Part shown: piece after piece, positions 60,884 to 64,000 of the stretch | Layout of the letters: the number at the start of each line of letters is the position of its first letter | Position numbering within the stretch: position 1 is the stretch's first letter | Assembly (NCBI GenBank): GCA_963833235.1 | Contig: CAWHXG010000004.1 | Coordinates: 90,230 to 154,229 of the forward strand | Origin: an uncultured Alphaproteobacteria bacterium | Lineage (GTDB): Bacteria; Pseudomonadota; Alphaproteobacteria; Rhodobacterales; Rhodobacteraceae | Length of the DNA: 64,000 nucleotides | Direction of reading: 5' to 3' | Made by a program: the position numbers and the translations under genes | The notes under the pieces: model-generated | Told to the model about the DNA's origin: nothing | Databases searched by the model: none | The model's input: only the letters and a program-made list of their open reading frames with translations

Positions 60884-62110
60884 TCAGACGGCTTCGGTCG
60901 CGCCGAGGCCCAGTTTCATCAGCTGGCGGCGGACCGGCGCTGCGCCATGCAGGGCCTGAAGCCCGAGGCGGCGGGCATCGCGCAATGGCTGCGCCTCCGC
61001 CATCGCGGCACGGTTGAGCGCATCGATCCCGACGACCCGGGCCAGCACCTCTGGCCGGCGTTGCCGTGTGTAGAGGGCGAGCAAGTTGGGATCGCCGGGG
61101 TCGGGGGCGCCCGATAGCAGCGCGTGCAGTGCCGCGATGTCGGCGAGGCTGGTATTGAGCCCCTGGGCGCCGATGGGCGGCATGACGTGGGCGGCCTCGG
61201 CCACGAGGGCGGTACGCTCGGCATGAAAGCTGGCGGCGATCTGGCTGACGATCGGCCAGATCGTGCGCTGGCTCACAAGGGTCAGCGGGCCCAGCACGTG
61301 ACCCGAGCGCTCCGACATGGCGGCTTCGAACTCGGGGACGTCGAGGGCCAAGAGCCGCTGGGCCTCCGCCGCGCGCTCCATCCAGACCACGGCCGAGGCG
61401 GGGCGCGGGGGGGCCTCGCCAGCCTGCCTGTCGGGCAGGGGCACCAGGGTGAAGGGCCCGCCGGTGCGGTGGATCTCGGTCGAGACATTCTGGTGGGGGA
61501 TCGGATGCGAGACGGCGAAGGCCAGTGCCTTCTGGCCGTAGCGCAGGGTGCGCACGGCGATGCCGGCAGCCTGCCGGACGGTCGAGGCGCGGCCGTCAGC
61601 GCCGATCACGAGGCGCGCGGCCACTGTGCGGCCGTCGGTGAGGCGCAGGCGGGCCTCGCGCAGGCGGGTGGCCATGGTGGCGACGCCCGTGCCCGTCAGG
61701 TGGCGGATGCGAGGGTGTGCCTCGAGATGCGCGGCCATCTCGCGGCGGATCAGCCAGTTGGGCAGGTTCCATCCGAAAGGCAGATCACCGATCTCGGCGG
61801 CGTCGAAATTTCGGGTGAGGCGGGGCGCGGCCTGCGGCCCGCCGGCATCGACGAGGCGCATCACCTGCAGCGGCGCGGCTTCGGTCTGCAGGCGAACCCA
61901 GATCCCGAGGGCTTCGAGCAGATCGCGGGCTGGCTGCAGCAGTGCCGTGCTGCGCAGGTCGGCGCCGGGCGCGGCCTCCTCCGTCACGGGCGTCGCGAAA
62001 TCGACGCACAGGACGTCGTGGCCGAGATCGGCCATCGCGGCAGCGGCGGCCATGCCGGCAAGCCCGCCCCCGGCCACGAGCACGTCCGTCTGCAGATCGG
62101 TTCTGGCCAT
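60884..62110 (-). CDS. UbiH/UbiF/VisC/COQ6-family FAD-dependent hydroxylase
   Basis: MARTDLQTDVLVAGGGLAGMAAAAAMADLGHDVLCVD.. (FAD GxGxxG); ..LVIGADGRASTVRQ..; ..GQGLNTSLADIAALHALL.. Confidence 0.8.
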   Translation of the reverse strand: MARTDLQTDVLVAGGGLAGMAAAAAMADLGHDVLCVDFATPVTEEAAPGADLRSTALLQPARDLLEALGIWVRLQTEAAPLQVMRLVDAGGPQAAPRLTRNFDAAEIGDLPFGWNLPNWLIRREMAAHLEAHPRIRHLTGTGVATMATRLREARLRLTDGRTVAARLVIGADGRASTVRQAAGIAVRTLRYGQKALAFAVSHPIPHQNVSTEIHRTGGPFTLVPLPDRQAGEAPPRPASAVVWMERAAEAQRLLALDVPEFEAAMSERSGHVLGPLTLVSQRTIWPIVSQIAASFHAERTALVAEAAHVMPPIGAQGLNTSLADIAALHALLSGAPDPGDPNLLALYTRQRRPEVLARVVGIDALNRAAMAEAQPLRDARRLGLQALHGAAPVRRQLMKLGLGATEAV

Positions 62111-62310
62111 CGCGCGGCACCTCCTCGTCGACGGGCAAGCTAGCGGTCCGGCGCGGGGCGGCCAGTGGGCGCATTGGCGCGGCGTGTCCGGAGGGCGGGG
62201 TGGCCAGGTGCCCGGGCGCATGGCCCGGCGTGGCGCGTTCGCAGGGTGCGTCGCCGCCTGTTGTGGAAGGGGCGTCAGGCGCTATCGTGTCCGCCGAAAG
62301 GGCCCCTGCC

Positions 62311-62956
62311 ATGAATGTCGGCAAATCCGCGCCGCGCGACGCGTACGCGCTGATCCTGGATGCGATCGATGGGGGCGCCTATCGGCCGGGCGCCCGGCTG
62401 GTCGAATCCGAGCTGGCCGACAAGTTCGGCGTTTCGCGCACCCCGATCCGCGAGGCGCTGCAGCGGCTCGAGACGCAAGGCATGCTGAGCCGGGACGGGC
62501 GCAGCCTGATCGTGGCGTCGCTCGACCGCAACCAGATGGCGGAGCTCTACGTGGTGCGCACGGAGCTGGAGGGGCTGGCGGCCCGGCTGGCGGCCCGGCA
62601 CGCGGCCGACGAGGAGGTGCGGGTGCTGCGTGAGATGGTGGCGGCCGATGGGGCGTTGATCGGCGACCCCGATGCATTGAGCCGGGCGAACCGGCGGTTC
62701 CACCGGCAGATCCATCTGGCCTCGCACAACCGTTATCTGGTTCAGCAGCTCGACCTTGTGCACCGCTCCATGGCGCTGCTGGCCACCACGTCGCTTGCCG
62801 CGTCGGGACGGGGGGCGGCCGCGCTTGCCGAGCACGATGCGATCGTGGCGGCGATCGAGGCGCGGGATGGCGATGCGGCGCATCTGGCGCTGAAGTCACA
62901 CATCAGCCACGCCTTCGAAGACCCGGCTGCGCCTGGATGCGGCCGAAGGGCCCTAA
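62311..62956 (+). CDS. GntR-family (FadR/FCD subfamily) transcriptional regulator; 3' end uncertain
   Basis: MNVGKSAPRDAYALILDAIDGGAYRPGARLVESELADKFGVSRTPIREALQRLETQGML (wHTH), then an FCD-type helical domain. The in-frame ORF runs to 63195, 240 bp into the convergent GT2 gene. A +1 frame gives a plausible natural end ..TRLRLDAAEGP* at a TAA (62954-62956) overlapping the GT2 stop. Confidence 0.65.
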
Positions 62957-64000
62957 CCCGTCAATGCCACGGGCCCGGGCGGCGAACCCGCAGCGGCCGG
63001 GGCGCTTTCCGCGCCATGGGTGGTCTTGTCCCAGAAGAAGGGGCGGTGGGCCATCTCGATGAGCGCCTTCCACACGGCGATGCTGGCCAGCATGTTGTAG
63101 AAGTTCATCGCGAGGGCCCATGCGTAGAGGTTCGGCTTGCCGGTACGCCGCAGCGCGGTGAGCGACACGGCGAAAGTGGTGGCCTCGGACATTAGAAGCA
63201 GCGCGACGAACGGCCAGATCGCCCAGCCCGGCAGCCCGGCCAGCCCCGCCGGAAGCCCCCAGACCGCGCCCAGCCACCAGATCCAGAGCAGCGGCGCCAT
63301 CAGCGCCTGCAACAGCGAGCCTGCGAACATCACCTGCATGCCCACGAAGCCCCGTGGCCCAAGATCGCGCCAGAGCGCCGCGGGATCGCGCATGTGGGCG
63401 GCATAGGTCATCGCATAGCCCTTCTGCCAGCGGGAACGCTGGCGGATCCACGGCCAGACCCGGCAATTCGCCTCTTCGCCGGTGGTCGTGTCAATCAGCT
63501 CGGTGCGATATCCGGCGCGGGCCAGCCGCAGCCCCAGATCGGCGTCCTCGGTGACGTTGTGCGCATCCCAGCCGCCCAGCCGCTCCAGAACGTCGCGGCG
63601 GAAGAACAGCGTCGTGCCGCCCAGCGGAACGGCCAGCCCCAGCCGCGCGATCCCGGGCAGGACCACGCCGAACCAGGCGGCATAATCGATGGTGAAGCAG
63701 CGGGAGACCCAGTTCTGCCGGGTGTTGTAGAAATCCAGCCGCCCCTGCAGGCACGCCACCTCTTCGGCGGCCACGGCGAAGCGCGCCACGATCCTGTCGA
63801 TCTGGTCGGGCGCCGGCGCGTCTTCAGCGTCGTAGATCCCCACGATGCTGCCGCGGCAGAAGCCAAGCGCATAGTTCATCGCCCGCGGCTTGGTGCGCAC
63901 CTGCCCCTCCGGCACCCGCACCACCCGCATCCAAGGCGGCAGCGGCGTGGCGGCGATCACGGCCTCGGTCACGTGATCGTCGACCTCCATCACGAGGATC
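62953..64000 (-). CDS. Family 2 glycosyltransferase (multi-TM C-terminal domain), 3' portion; gene continues past the window end
   Basis: ..NVTEDADLGLRLARAGYRTELIDTTTGEEANCRVWPWIRQRSRWQKGYAMT.. (GT2 QxxRW-type motif), followed by several TM helices. Confidence 0.75.
   Translation of the reverse strand, partial: ILVMEVDDHVTEAVIAATPLPPWMRVVRVPEGQVRTKPRAMNYALGFCRGSIVGIYDAEDAPAPDQIDRIVARFAVAAEEVACLQGRLDFYNTRQNWVSRCFTIDYAAWFGVVLPGIARLGLAVPLGGTTLFFRRDVLERLGGWDAHNVTEDADLGLRLARAGYRTELIDTTTGEEANCRVWPWIRQRSRWQKGYAMTYAAHMRDPAALWRDLGPRGFVGMQVMFAGSLLQALMAPLLWIWWLGAVWGLPAGLAGLPGWAIWPFVALLLMSEATTFAVSLTALRRTGKPNLYAWALAMNFYNMLASIAVWKALIEMAHRPFFWDKTTHGAESAPAAAGSPPGPVALTG

Overview
This 64 kb window is high-GC (~65-70%) DNA with gene content and synteny typical of an alphaproteobacterial (Rhodobacterales-like) chromosome: secG-pyrG, purA, purD/xseA divergent pair, hflK-hflC-DUF2065-degP, glyQ-glyS, ftsY, ilvC, metZ, trkH and ppdK. 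Many long 'ORFs' in the six-frame track are antisense or GC-bias artefacts; I rejected them where a recognisable protein occupies the other strand.

Content from 5' to 3':
- Positions 1-11428: a minus-strand catabolic locus. It holds a polar-amino-acid/opine-type ABC importer, two glutamine-synthetase-family (PuuA/PauA-like) enzymes, a class I amidotransferase-like hydrolase (PuuD-like) and an FAD oxidase (PuuB-like). It also holds a DegT-family and a class III aminotransferase, with a degenerate divergent LysR remnant. This resembles a gamma-glutamylation amine/polyamine degradation pathway, but the substrate is unknown.
- Positions 11620-14490: a stress-type cluster of TerB, DUF1206, DUF3140 and csbD, the last with an EcfG-type promoter.
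- Positions 14754-15584 and 58811-59491: two secreted VPLPA-CTERM sorting-signal proteins.
- Positions 20539-22567: a rimK plus succinylglutamate-desuccinylase/aspartoacylase-family pair.
- Positions 22568-23514: the most anomalous feature. This ~950 bp island is far lower in GC (~30% in sampled stretches) than the ~68% background, sits between two convergent gene ends, and encodes a single 224-aa membrane-anchored protein with no recognisable domain. It is almost certainly horizontally acquired and is the best candidate for something undescribed.
- A truncated 3' fragment of error-prone polymerase dnaE2.
- A tandem 27-bp repeat carrying a (CG)n palindrome between convergent genes.
- Four clear single-nucleotide frameshifts (M42 peptidase, hflK, an EamA transporter and a GST), plus a possible fifth at the GntR 3' end. 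Together these suggest either indel errors in the assembly or ongoing pseudogenisation.

I saw no rRNA, tRNA, CRISPR array, transposase or integrase. Coordinates come from codon arithmetic on the supplied ORF track and may be off by a few nucleotides.
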